Notes: a model not told the origin generated them from the letters alone. Shown: positions 37,566 to 51,163, counted from the first letter of the whole stretch. The stretch: 62,953 nucleotides of DNA, filler included, from Octopus bimaculoides (GCF_001194135.2; 6 parts of 6 records of this genome joined end to end with filler, not necessarily neighbours in it); one strand, 5' to 3'. Translations and numbers: made by a program.

Positions 37566-37671
37566 ACACAACTCCTTCAATCAACAACATCACGTGTTTG
37601 AATAATGTGCGACGTCTTCTATAATGACAACAGCAACAACAGCTGCACAAGCACCAGCACCAGCAGCATCG

Positions 37672-37728
<57 letters not shown>

Positions 37729-38079
37729 ATGGTGAAGGGCAACTTGACAAGCAGAATTTACTGCCAGAAGAAGAGTAAAGTTGCAGGAAGAAGGCGAGAG
37801 GGACGCATGATCTCTTTATACATAGACAAAGAAGTTCTGAATGAAGTAAAAGCTAGAAAGATAAACCTAACAATAACATGGATAGATTATAGGAAAGCCT
37901 ATGATATGATCCCAATCACATGTATAAGTTAATATTTGAGTATATTCCGTGTAGCAGACAACGTAATAGAATTAATTAGATTTAGCATGAAGAATTGGAA
38001 AGTACATCTGTACTCAGCTGACACACTCTTAGGAAAAGTTAATATCAAAAGATGAATTTTCCAGGGTGAATCGTTGTCC
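37729..38079 (+). mobile_element. R4-clade RT fragment; near-identical copy at 44633-44987
   Basis: IDKEVLNEVKARKINLTITWIDYRKAYDMIP...IFQGESLS. Preceded by (GTA)n. Confidence 0.85.
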
Positions 38080-39091
38080 NNNNNNNNNNNNNNNNNNNNN
38101 NNNNNNNNNNNNNNNNNNNNNNNNNNNNNNNNNNNNNNNNNNNNNNNNNNNNNNNNNNNNNNNNNNNNNNNNNNNNNNNNNNNNNNNNNNNNNNNNNNNN
38201 NNNNNNNNNNNNNNNNNNNNNNNNNNNNNNNNNNNNNNNNNNNNNNNNNNNNNNNNNNNNNNNNNNNNNNNNNNNNNNNNNNNNNNNNNNNNNNNNNNNN
38301 NNNNNNNNNNNNNNNNNNNNNNNNNNNNNNNNNNNNNNNNNNNNNNNNNNNNNNNNNNNNNNNNNNNNNNNNNNNNNNNNNNNNNNNNNNNNNNNNNNNN
38401 NNNNNNNNNNNNNNNNNNNNNNNNNNNNNNNNNNNNNNNNNNNNNNNNNNNNNNNNNNNNNNNNNNNNNNNNNNNNNNNNNNNNNNNNNNNNNNNNNNNN
38501 NNNNNNNNNNNNNNNNNNNNNNNNNNNNNNNNNNNNNNNNNNNNNNNNNNNNNNNNNNNNNNNNNNNNNNNNNNNNNNNNNNNNNNNNNNNNNNNNNNNN
38601 NNNNNNNNNNNNNNNNNNNNNNNNNNNNNNNNNNNNNNNNNNNNNNNNNNNNNNNNNNNNNNNNNNNNNNNNNNNNNNNNNNNNNNNNNNNNNNNNNNNN
38701 NNNNNNNNNNNNNNNNNNNNNNNNNNNNNNNNNNNNNNNNNNNNNNNNNNNNNNNNNNNNNNNNNNNNNNNNNNNNNNNNNNNNNNNNNNNNNNNNNNNN
38801 NNNNNNNNNNNNNNNNNNNNNNNNNNNNNNNNNNNNNNNNNNNNNNNNNNNNNNNNNNNNNNNNNNNNNNNNTAAATTTATATACCAAGGAAACCGGAAG
38901 TCAAGTAAATAGACGAATTTTAAATGTAAATCGCAAAGTCGGTGTAAATCACAAACTATACCATTTCAACTAATGTCGATCGCATAATACACTGGCACCT
39001 CACTTTCTATCACACAAAACAACCGGCTAGTACACTACGATTTTATTTTTGTTTATTCCTCTTGGTTATTATTTTTTTTTCGGAGATTTAC

Positions 39092-39133
39092 CATTTCCAT
39101 ATCTCCTCGGGACGTAAGCAGTGGGTTGAATAT
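39092..39133 (-). CDS. Candidate 42-nt symmetric exon (phase 1 reading: DIQPTAYVPRRYGN)
   Basis: TAACTATGAAGTTGGGACATTCTTCAG|42 nt|GTAAAT. The paralogous acceptor at 46153 abuts an N gap. Confidence 0.22.
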
Positions 39134-39565
39134 CTGAAGAATGTCCCAACTTCATAGTTACTCAAAAAGAATCAACACGTAATATCGCTCGTCAAAGTTT
39201 TGCTCCGGTTCACTCATACAACATAGGAGATTGTGAAGGTCTGTGAGAGATTCTTGTTATATAATTGTGTCCGAGCAGTGAGAGAGATGAAATATAATCA
39301 GGATGTTATCAACACGCAAATCATGACGAAAATAACAAGTGTATATCACATACGAGCGCGTACACAGGCATACGAACAGAAATAGAAGTAATAGTGTAAG
39401 GGACATAACTCTCATTACATCCCTTTTTCTTTAAATTTACTTTACCTTATATTAGGAAATAATAAACGAGGCTGGATTCCGGATGAGATTAAGAAATGAC
39501 ATGTGTGACACAGGAAACTTTTTCTAATTCACTCTCGACTCTCAGGGAATGTCAGAACAAAACAA
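39130..39565. repeat. Low-copy segment present three times (39130-39565, 41218-41570, 46153-46620)
   Basis: Direct alignment, roughly 85-90% identity by eye. Confidence 0.9.
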
Positions 39566-40309
39566 ATGAAAGAAACACACACACACACACCCGAATACAC
39601 ACACACGCAAATATATAGACACACGCTAGCAGCCATAAACACACACACACACACACACACACGGCTGACTTCATCCACTGTCCGTCTACCAAATCTCTTC
39701 TATTATAGGTCCAAGGCTATAGTAGAACACTTACCGAAAGTAGAACGCTGTGGGACTGAAACTGGGACCATGTAGTCGGGAAGCAATCTTCTTAACACTC
39801 AGCTACGCCTACAGGAAGCAAAATTTGTGAACTTTCTCCTGCTTAAGTATTTATATACAGAGAATAGAAAGTAGCTATCGCTCCACAGGATTTTCGCATT
39901 TNNNNNNNNNNNNNNNNNNNNNNNNNNNNNNNNNNNNNNNNNNNNNNNNNNNNNNNNNNNNNNNNNNNNNNNNNNNNNNNNNNNNNNNNNNNNNNNNNNN
40001 NNNNNNNNNNNNNNNNNNNNNNNNNNNNNNNNNNNNNNNNNNNNNNNNNNNNNNNNNNNNNNNNNNNNNNNNNNNNNNNNNNNNNNNNNNNNNNNNNNNN
40101 NNNNNNNNNNNNNNNNNNNNNNNNNNNNNNNNNAAACGACATGAGAAACACTGATGATCTCATAAAAGGAAATGATTACTTTCGACATATTTTACAATGC
40201 TTAAGACAATTTTTGGGTTTTGATCCATGTAGTTGAAGGACACAAGAATGAAACTAATCATTCCAGGTAAAATGATAAAACAAATTTAGTGATAGAAAAT
40301 AGGAAACCA

Positions 40310-40703
40310 GAAAATTCTTAATTGAGAAAGAAGGTAAACTATGCTGGATCATGTCAGCATGCCCAGCTGACACGTTATGCGATAAGGAAGAAAGAAATGT
40401 CGATAGGTATGTCAGGTTAGCTTGGGAAGTATAGTGGTTGTGGTCGATGAAAAAGGTGGTTGTGGTACCAATAGTTGTTGGAGCCTTGGGAACAGGGATT
40501 AAACATATCGAGAAGTACAAGGAACAAATAGGGGCTGCAATAAGAGTAGAGCACTTGTAGAAAACTGCACCTCTTGGAACCGCNNNNNNNNNNTTGGAAC
40601 CGCTCGAATACTCCGGAAGGTGCTCGACAAATAAGAGGTGTTACCTTAGTTCTCTGGTAGTGAACAGCTGACACCGTAGTACATCTCCAGCGTTAGAAGC
40701 TGT
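40310..40703 (+). mobile_element. R4-clade RLE C-terminus and 3' UTR (third family)
   Basis: ACPADTLCDKEERNVDRYVRLAWEV*WLWSMKKVVVVPIVVGALG...TAPLGTARILRKVLDK*. Confidence 0.85.
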
Positions 40704-42701
40704 GTATGTATGTATGTATGTACGTATGTATGTATGTATGCATGCACGTATGTATTCTTTTATACCTTTATTCGTTCCAGTCTTTTCATTGCTGCCAAAC
40801 TGAAACACGGTCTTCAAGAGTTTTCGACGAATAAATGGAGCCGAGGACCTATTTCTTATACCAAGTATTTCTTCTATAGGCGCCTTTTGTCGAATCGCTA
40901 AGTTACGGAGAGGTAAAGACACCAACACCGGTTGTCACACATGATGGTGGACAAACACAGGCACGAAGAAACACACACATACAGGCACACGCACACACAC
41001 ACGCACACATATACACACACGCAAGCAGCAATACACACACACATACAGGCACACACACACACGCGACTGACCTCTTCCAGTGTCCGTCTACCAAATCCAT
41101 TCATAAGGTGTTGGTCGGCCTGAGGTTATACTAGAAGACACTTACCTAAGATGATCGCGCAGTGGGACTGAAGTTGGGAACATGTAGTTGGGAAACAATC
41201 TCCTTACCACCCTGCCATGTTATATAATTGTGTCCGAGCATTGACAAAGATAATGAAAGATAATCAAGATGTTATCAATATGCAAATGATGACGAAAATA
41301 ACAAGTGTATATCACATACGAGCGCATACAGTCATACGAGCAGAAATAGAAGGAATGAAGTAAGGGATATAAATCTTATTACATCCCTTTATCTTTAAAT
41401 TTACTTTATTTTATATTAGGAGATAATAAACAAGGCTGGATTCCGATTGAGATTAAGACAAATAACATCTGTGACACAGTTTTTTTCTAATTCACCCTCG
41501 ACTCTCAGGGAATGACATAACGAAACAAATGAAAGAATCATTGAGTCAGACATTTACCGAAAATTATCTTTTTAATTGTTTCATTCATTGGACTGTGGCC
41601 ATACTGGGGCACCATTTTAGTCGAATGAATCGACCCCAGCATCTATCTTTATCGATTGCTTTGCCGAACCTCTATGTTACGGGAACATAAGTACACCAAT
41701 ACCCGTTGTGAAGCGATGGTCGATACATACATACATACATACATACATACATACATGCATGCATGCATACATACATACATACATACATACATACATACAT
41801 ACACACATACACACATATATACATATGTACGTAAGTATGTATACATGTATGCATATACGTACGTACGTATGTATATATGTATGTATGTATGTATGTTTGT
41901 ATGTATGTATGCACGTATGTATTCTTTTATACTTTTATTCGTTCCAGAATTTCCACGGCAGTCACGTTGATGCACCGCCTTCAAGGGCTTTTGTCGAATT
42001 AATCGACCCTGGACTTGTTTCTTAAACCTGGTATTTCTTCTCTCTGCCTCTTCTGCCAAACTGGTTAGTTACGGAGGGGTAAACACAGCAATACTGGTTG
42101 TCACATGGTGATGGGGGACAAACACAGACACAAAGAAAGAGACACACACACATTTATATACAAATAAATATGGATACATATATATATATACATATATATA
42201 TATATANNNNNNNNNNNNNNNNNNNNNNNNNNNNNNNNNNNNNNNNNNNNNNNNNNNNNNNNNNNNNNNNNNNNNNNNNNNNNNNNNNNNNNNNNNNNNN
42301 NNNNNNNNNNNNNNNNNNNNNNNNNNNNNNNNNNNNNNNNNNNNNNNNNNNNNNNNNNNNNNNNNNNNNNNNNNNNNNNNNNNNNNNNNNNNNNNNNNNN
42401 NNNNNNNNNNNNNNNNNNNNNNNNNNNNNNNNNNNNNNNNNNNNNNNNNNNNNNNNNNNNNNNNNNNNNNNNNNNNNNNNNNNNNNNNNNNNNNNNNNNN
42501 NNNNNNNNNNNNNNNNNNNNNNNNNNNNNNNNNNNNNNNNNNNNNNNNNNNNNNNNNNNNNNNNNNNNNNNNNNNNNNNNNNNNNNNNNNNNNNNNNNNN
42601 NNNNNNNNNNNNNNNNNNNNNNNNNNNNNNNNNNNNNNNNNNNNNNNNNNNNNNNNNNNNNNNNNNNNNNNNNNNNNNNNNNNNNNNNNNNNNNNNNNNN
42701 N

Positions 42702-42798
<97 letters not shown>

Positions 42799-43134
42799 AA
42801 TAATAATAATAACAATAATACCCTGATGCAGTACTAGGCAGTGGCTCTCATAGCTTCTGATCTTAATTGATTGGAAGTGTTATCATGTACGTTGTTTTGT
42901 CATGGTATAAAATTTGGGCTACAGCAAATGTTCTGCTTAATACCACAGATTTGCTTGTCATTTTTTTTACCTTAACCAGTTGAGCATGTGCCTTGGTGGC
43001 TGACCATATGTGCATCTCTGATCATGAGAAGAAGTAGTGGGGGAGCATCATAACCATGTGTTGAGAGGAATTCTTTGGGGTCTGAATAATTCACTTTTGA
43101 AAACGTGGTTGTTTTGCTCAACATCGTTAAACAA

Positions 43135-43960
43135 ACGTTTTCTCTATTTGAAAGCATCTGTCCTGACGAGTTTTCCACTTTTCGAAGCAATGCTAGAACT
43201 CTTGGGAAGGATACCATTTCGTGCCTCCATCGTTTTTTCGTCGCTTCTTCAACATCTGCATATTTTGTAGCACCACCTTTCTTTACCGGTGATGAACTTC
43301 AAAAGTAAAATGATTGAAATCCACATCCGATTATTCATTCAGTTTACGACACACGTTCAGTCGTGGTAACGTTTGATCTTCCGTCATGAAAAGAGGCGTA
43401 AATTTTGATGCAGCACATTTTATTCGCAATTCCTCGCTCAAAATTAGTTGACAAGTGTTCGTGGACACACCAATCATATCAACAAGTTCGTCACTTATTC
43501 AGTGATTGTCCACCATGAGCAGTTCATGAATTATCACGATGTTTTCATTCGTTCGGGAGGTCTACGGATGCCCTGAACGAGGTTGATATTCGGGCGACAT
43601 GTCACCATTCCTAAAGCATGAGAACCACTGCTAAACTTTTGTGTCCTTGTAACCTGTCAGAAGCATGACAACTCTTTCTGCAGCCCTTTTCCTCAGCAGA
43701 AAACAGAATTTCACGGAAGCATGCTGTTCCTTCTTTTCAGCCATCGCAATAATCTACGATGAAGGGAGAAGCATAGTAGGGCAAACACGCACCACATGGG
43801 GGTAGGGCAGAGCTCGAAGACGCCGGTCGGTCTACTGAATCCAGATGGTCGTGTCATGGAGCTTCTGGGGGCGGAAACCAGAACTACAACGGGTTTGTCC
43901 TACAGACAACGGACTACTACATCTGGTTTGTCCCACAGACATCGTCTCCAAACTTTCATA
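43135..43960 (-). mobile_element. Mariner element with an internal deletion removing most of the DDD domain
   Basis: MAEKKEQHASVKFCFLLRKRAAERVVML, QWFSCFRNG...PRSGHP, and ITGKERWCY joined directly to ADVEEATKK. Confidence 0.8.
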
Positions 43961-44059
43961 TAACATACCATTATTTTTACTTATTAATACAAAATTATGC
44001 GACGAAGGGACTATATAATCCGCAATAATGCATTATAACTTTAAACACAGCTAACGGGG

Positions 44060-44515
44060 TGACAATTGGGTGAAACGAAGAAAATGTGATAATCGAAGGC
44101 CGAATATAATATTCTTTAAGAAGGACAAGCAAGAGGGACAAACAATCGCCATGGCAGTGACACAAGATCAACATGTTACCATGAAAGAAAAAGAAAAGGT
44201 TGATAAAAATGGAGATCTGAGAAATAAGATCGTCGAGATGTGACAGCTACAAGTATCAAGCATAAAGTTTGTCCCTGTTGTCATCGGAGCATTGCGTTCA
44301 ATACCACCTAACCTGATGAAAATTCTAAAACCTTTAGAAACACCCTACAATCAATGTGTATTGCAAAACCCGGCATTACTTGGAATTGTATGAATACTAC
44401 GTAAAGTAGTGTGTCTGAGGTTCTTGTTGTGACTTGACAGACGGTACAAACCCCCGGTACACACAAATCCTTCAATCAACAACGGCACGAGTTTGAATAC
44501 TGTGCGACGTCTTCA
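44060..44515 (+). mobile_element. R4-clade RLE domain and 3' UTR (fourth family)
   Basis: RRPNIIFF...MAVTQDQHVTMKEKEKVDK..DL...VPVVIGAL...LQNPALLGIV*ILRKVV, followed by an AAT/AAC/AGC/GTA trinucleotide array. Confidence 0.8.
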
Positions 44516-44566
44516 ATAATAACAACAGCAGCAACAGCACCAGCAGCACTAGCACCAGCATCCCCG

Positions 44567-44632
<66 letters not shown>

Positions 44633-45495
44633 ATGGTGAAGGGCAACTTGACAAGCAGAATTTACTGCCAGAAGAAGAGTAAAGTTGCAGGAAGAAGACG
44701 AGATGGACGCATGATCTCTTTATACATAGACAAAGAAGTTCTGAATGAAGTAAGAGCTAGAAAGATAAACCTAACAATAACATGGATAGATTATAGGAAA
44801 GCCTATGATATGATCCCAATCACATGTATAAGTGAATATTTGAGTATATTCCGTGTAGCAGACAACGTAATAGAATTAATTAGATTTAGCATGAAGAATT
44901 GGAAAGTACATCTGTACTCAGCTGACACACTCTTAGGAAAAGTTAATATCAAAAGATGAATTTTTCAGGGTGAATCGTTGTCCCATTTAAAGCAATGACG
45001 CCTCACATGGCAGCAGGGCACTCGACGACGCCGGTCGGCAAACTGATGCCTGATGATTGCGTCATGTAGCTTCTGGCTGCCGAAGCCTGAAATACAATTT
45101 CTCCCACAAACAGCATATCCGGTTACTACAATTTTTTGGAAATAATTCTATAATGATAATAATAAATTGAGATATTGTAAATTTCTGTTTTAATATATTT
45201 TCTTTTCAGAAGAGCCAAGTTATTTTTGTATATATTTCCAATTATTATCATTTATTGTTTACTGGATTCAATCACTCCACTGAGGTCATGCTGGGACCGG
45301 CGTGGAAGGAATTTAGACGAATGAATCGACCACAGTAAAACTTTGTAAAGCCTGTTACTAATACTACTACAAATTTCTTTTCCCGAAATCACTAATTTAA
45401 GGGGGACGCGAACACACCAACACCGACTGCCAAGTACCATCCGTGGAAATCAAAAACACACACATAAACGTATGTATATATATATATATATATAA

Positions 45496-45543
<48 letters not shown>

Positions 45544-46938
45544 NNNNNNNNNNNNNNNNNNNNNNNNNNNNNNNNNNNNNNNNNNNNNNNNNNNNNNNNN
45601 NNNNNNNNNNNNNNNNNNNNNNNNNNNNNNNNNNNNNNNNNNNNNNNNNNNNNNNNNNNNNNNNNNNNNNNNNNNNNNNNNNNNNNNNNNNNNNNNNNNN
45701 NNNNNNNNNNNNNNNNNNNNNNNNNNNNNNNNNNNNNNNNNNNNNNNNNNNNNNNNNNNNNNNNNNNNNNNNNNNNNNNNNNNNNNNNNNNNNNNNNNNN
45801 NNNNNNNNNNNNNNNNNNNNNNNNNNNNNNNNNNNNNNNNNNNNNNNNNNNNNNNNNNNNNNNNNNNNNNNNNNNNNNNNNNNNNNNNNNNNNNNNNNNN
45901 NNNNNNNNNNNNNNNNNNNNNNNNNNNNNNNNNNNNNNNNNNNNNNNNNNNNNNNNNNNNNNNNNNNNNNNNNNNNNNNNNNNNNNNNNNNNNNNNNNNN
46001 NNNNNNNNNNNNNNNNNNNNNNNNNNNNNNNNNNNNNNNNNNNNNNNNNNNNNNNNNNNNNNNNNNNNNNNNNNNNNNNNNNNNNNNNNNNNNNNNNNNN
46101 NNNNNNNNNNNNNNNNNNNNNNNNNNNNNNNNNNNNNNNNNNNNNNNNNNNNCTGAAGAATGTCTCAACTTCATAGTTACTCAAAGAGAATCAACACGTA
46201 CTATCGCTCGTCAAAGTTTTAATCCGGTTCACTCATACAACAACATAAGAGATCTTTGAGAGATTCTTGTTATGTAAATGTGTCCAAGCATTGAGAAAGA
46301 TAATGAAATATAATCAGGATGTTATCAACACGCAAATCATGATGAAAATAACAAGTTTATATCACATACGAGCGCGTACACAGGCATACGAACAGAAATA
46401 GAAGTAATAGTGTAAGGGATATAACTCTCATTACATCCCTTTTTATTTTACCTTATGTTAGGAAATAATAAACAGAGTTGTATTCCGAATGGAATTAAGA
46501 CAAATGACATCTGTGACACAGGATTTTTTTTCTACTTCACCCTCGACTCTAAGGGAATGTCATAGCAAAGCAATAGAAAGAATCATTGACTCAAAAATTT
46601 ACCAAAATTATCTTTTTAATTGTTTCATTCATTGGACTGGGGTCATACTGGGGCACCTTCGTCAACAATTTTTAGTCGAATGAATCGACCCCAAGATATA
46701 TATTTTAAAACCTGGTAACTTTTATATCGGTTGCTTTGCCGAACCGCTATGTTACGGAAATGTAACTACACCGATGCCCGTTGTGAAGCGATGGTGGAGC
46801 CGTACATACATACATACATACAGACATACAGACATACATACGTACATACGTAAGTATGTATAAATGCATACGTATACGTACTTACGTATGTATATATGTA
46901 TGTATGTATGAAAGTATGTATGTATGTACGTACGTAAA

Positions 46939-46969
<31 letters not shown>

Positions 46970-47270
46970 GTACGTAAGTATGTATACATACATACGTACG
47001 TATGTATGTATGTACGTACGTATGTACGTATGTATGTATGTATGAATGCACGTATGTATTCTTTTATACCTTTATTCGTTACAGTCGTTTCACCGCAGCC
47101 AAGCTGGAGCACCGTCTTCAAGTGTTTCAGGCGAATAATCGAACCCAGGACTTATTTCTTAAACCTAGTATTTCTTCTATTGTCTTCTTTTTTCGAACGA
47201 CTAATTCAAACACAGACAAGAAGAAACACACACACACATACACGCACACATCTACACACACGCTCGCAGC

Positions 47271-47319
<49 letters not shown>

Positions 47320-47637
47320 CTGACTTCATCCACTGTCCGTCTACCAAATCTCTTCTATTATAGGTCCAAGGCTATAGTAGAACACTTACCGAAAGTAGAA
47401 CGCTGTGGGACTGAAACTGGGACCATGTAGTCGGGAAGCAATCTTCTTAACACTCAGCTACGCCTACAGGAAGCAAAATTTGTGAACTTTCTCCTGCTTA
47501 AGTATTTATATACAGAGAATAGAAAGTAGCTATCGCTCCACAGGATTTTCGCATTTATAAAAAGAGCACATGTATATTTATTTCCATAATCTTTCACTTT
47601 AAGAATCCGTCAAGTGAAGAAAACTAATTCAGTGTAA

Positions 47638-47734
47638 TTAAAATTCTGCAATAACATTGAACGGATATTTTTCCTCGTCCTGATATATATTTTTGAAATT
47701 GTTGACGTCCTTGAAACTTTCGGACGGTAAATGC
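47638..47734 (-). CDS. Candidate terminal exon (phase 2: HLPSESFKDVNNFKNIYQDEEKYPFNVIAEF*)
   Basis: Acceptor TCATGTCGTTTACGATTTTCATAG, stop at 47638-47640, AATAAA ~55 nt downstream (47577-47582). Confidence 0.3.
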
Positions 47735-49886
47735 CTATGAAAATCGTAAACGACATGAGAAACACTGATGATCTCATAAAAAGAAAGGATTACTTTCGAC
47801 ATATTTTACAATGCTTAAGACAATTTTTGGATTTTAATCCATGTAATTGAAGGACACTAGAATGAAACTAATCATTCCAGGCAAAATGATAAAACAAATT
47901 TAGGTATACCGAGTAGAAAGAACGACCATGTAAATATTTAAACATCACTTATTAAGTGATCTGCTTAATAACACCTTATTATTTCGTATTTATTTTTTTA
48001 TGATTTAGTATTTTCATAGCAAAACTTTTGTTTCGACTTTAAAGATGTAGTGGTCAAAGAAACTTTGAAAGGTCAATAAATACAATCGCTTGCGTAGGAG
48101 ACAATCTTAATGGGAAGGATTACAAAAAAAGATGAATCGACAATTAGGTAATAATAATCCTTTCTACTATAAACACAAGGCCTGAATTTGTGAGGAGGGG
48201 ACAATTTGATTACATTGACCCCAGTGTTTCACTCGTACTCATTTAATCGACTCTGGAAGAAGGGAAGGCAAAGTATACCGCGGCAGAATTTGAATACAGA
48301 ATTTGTTTTGTGTGATAGAAAGTGAGGTGCCAGTCTATTATGTGATCTACATTAGTTCAAATGGTATAGTTTGCTGCTAATCAATTCGCCCAACATGTGA
48401 ATGATTTTGCCAGATCGCCGTCTTAATTATAATAATAGTAATAATAATATTTTTAACAAAAGGATTGACATAACTCTTCACGAAGGTAAATAGTGAAGAC
48501 GAAGAGTGCGATTTTAGATGTTTTATTTTTTNNNNNNNNNNNNNNNNNNNNNNNNNNNNNNNNNNNNNNNNNNNNTTAATTAATTAANNNNNNNNNNNNN
48601 NNNNNNNNNNNNNNNNNNNNNNNNNNNNNNNATATATATATATATATATATAGATGGAGTGTGTATGTTCTAAGTATAAAAGACGTTTCCTTCTATTTTT
48701 TCCTGTTTTTTGTTTTACCTTGACTTGTTTTCTTTATTTTTTTATATCTATCAATCTATCTATCTTTCTATCTATCTATCTAACTGTCTATCTATTTATC
48801 TATCTCTCTATCTAACAAAATGATTTAAGTCACCATTTTTTTCTTTTTTTGAGTGTGTGAGACTATTAACCAGGAAATTGCGTAGAAATTCCATTATTTG
48901 TTCAGTGAGTTGTAATTTCAAGGTGAGTTGACATCATGCATCATATCACTAGAGATATCCTAGAAATTTTATGCTTTTTATTTCTCTCTGTGGAAATATG
49001 TGGCTGGAGATATCCTGATAGCTATCTTTTTTGGCAATATGATAGATAATATGCAAATTTTCACCATATTCCTCTGACGTCCACTCTATTTAAGAATTGA
49101 TTTCACTTTGGAAGGCTTTTGTTGTTTTATTTTTTAGAGATAGCTACTCTGAACATTTTTTTTTCCCTTATGCTTCTTTTATTCTTCTTCTAGTATCTTT
49201 TTCTTTTTATCATTTTCTCTCTCTTTCTTACTCTCTCTTTCTTTTCTGTCTCTTGACTACTATCATTGAATTAGATACAAACCAGTAATGGGAATTTCTA
49301 TCATTTTTCTCCCCTGTTTCTTGTTTTTTTTTTTAATTGAAATTTAAAATAAAATTTGTCAATTTCAAATGGTTTTATTATTGGTCAGAAAATAAATTAA
49401 ATATTAAAATTGCAATAGAATACATTAAAATTTGGAATTAATAATTATGTAAAATATTTGAAATCAAAATTGATAAGCAGTCATCAGACATGGCTATGTG
49501 CTTATTGTTAAGAGGCTTTGCAATGACTTTGGGTTCAGCCATACATCATAATTGTCACACACACATACATACATAACTGGCACTCAATTACGATGACAAA
49601 GGTTCTAGTTGATCTTATCGACAGAAAAGCCTGCTTGTGAAATTAACATGCAAGTGACTGCTGAGCACTCCACAAACATGCATACCCTAAATGTAGTTCT
49701 CAGGAAGATTCAGCATGACACAGAATGTGGCAAAGCTGTCCCTTTGAATTACAGGTACAACTCATTTTTGCCAGCTAAGTGAACATGAGCAATATGAAGT
49801 AAAGTGTCTTGCTCAAGGTACCAGGTACATCAAACTCGTGACCTTTTGATTGTGACATGAATAGGCTAACCACTGAGCCACACACC

Positions 49887-49922
<36 letters not shown>

Positions 49923-51163
49923 TAAAATGGCTACCTCTGAAGAGCACAGAGTTGCATAATTTAACTGTCACCTAACACTTCATTGCACCCCTAGTGCAAA
50001 ACCTATTGGTAAGATCAGCTGTAATGGATATATAATATTGTACACTTCGATTACTGTATATATAAAGCATCCAGTTCACACTGTAAAGTGGTTGGCATTT
50101 GGAAGGTCATCCAGCTGTATAAACATTCTCAAAATTGACCTCACCTATGCTTGTGCTTCATAAAAAGCACTAAGTCCACTCTGTTGGGTGGTCGGTGTTA
50201 GGAAGGGCATCCAGCTGTAAAAATCCTGCCAAAACAGTCACAGAAAGTTTGGGGTAGGCTTCTGCCTGGCAGGCTCCTACCAAACCATCCCACCCATGCC
50301 AGCATGGAAGGCAGACATTAAACGATGATGATGATGATGATGATTATGGTTGTGTAGTAAGAAGTTTGCTATCTATCCACATTGTTCTGGGTTCAGTGGC
50401 ACTTTGTGGCATCTTGGGCAAGTGTCTCCTACTATAGCCCCAGGCCTATTAAAGCCTTGTGAGCAGGTTTGGTTGACAGAAAATGAAAGAAGCCCATTGT
50501 GTATGTATATATATATGTGTGTGTGTGTGTAGTGGTGGAGGATTGCTCTCTCCTTGCTTTGACATTGTGTGATAGCTGTAGTGTCACCATCGTTCATGCA
50601 GTGTTTTTTTTGTTTCCAATCGTCTGTGAAAACATGTCTGGTAATGAGAAAGTAAATCCTTACTTAGAAATAGGTGAGGGTTGGTGACACGAAGAGCATC
50701 GAGCTGTAGAAAATTTGCCTCAACAAATTCCATGGAAAAGTGGACATTAGAATGATGATGATGATGGTGGTGGTGGTGGTGGCAGCAGTGGTGATGGTGA
50801 TGGTAGTGGTCGTGGTGGCATCTGTTTAGTTCAGTGTAGCCATTAAAACTTCCAAGCCTTTCAGTTATAATATAAAATAGAATACTCTACATTTATGGAC
50901 TGACTTCTGTGATTTATTGCTTCTTGGTTAATCAGCAGAAATTTATGTGCATTTGTGTGTATTCTTGAAAAGCTTAGTTTGTTCTTCCAGTTCAAAAATT
51001 GCCAGCCAAAAAAAAGCAATCCTATTTGTCTTATGATGGTTAATTATTGACATATTGGAGAATATGTCAAGTGTGTGAAATTCTTTCAGAAAGACCTTAT
51101 TAATGTTAAGAGCCAACTTTCTCTCTCTCTTCTTCTTTTTTTTTTTTTTTTTTTTGCTGGTAG

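Noticed and set aside
40574-40603. Direct repeat TTGGAACCGC on both sides of a 10-N gap
   Set aside because: Overlapping contig ends. Removing one copy restores the R4 reading GTARILRK.
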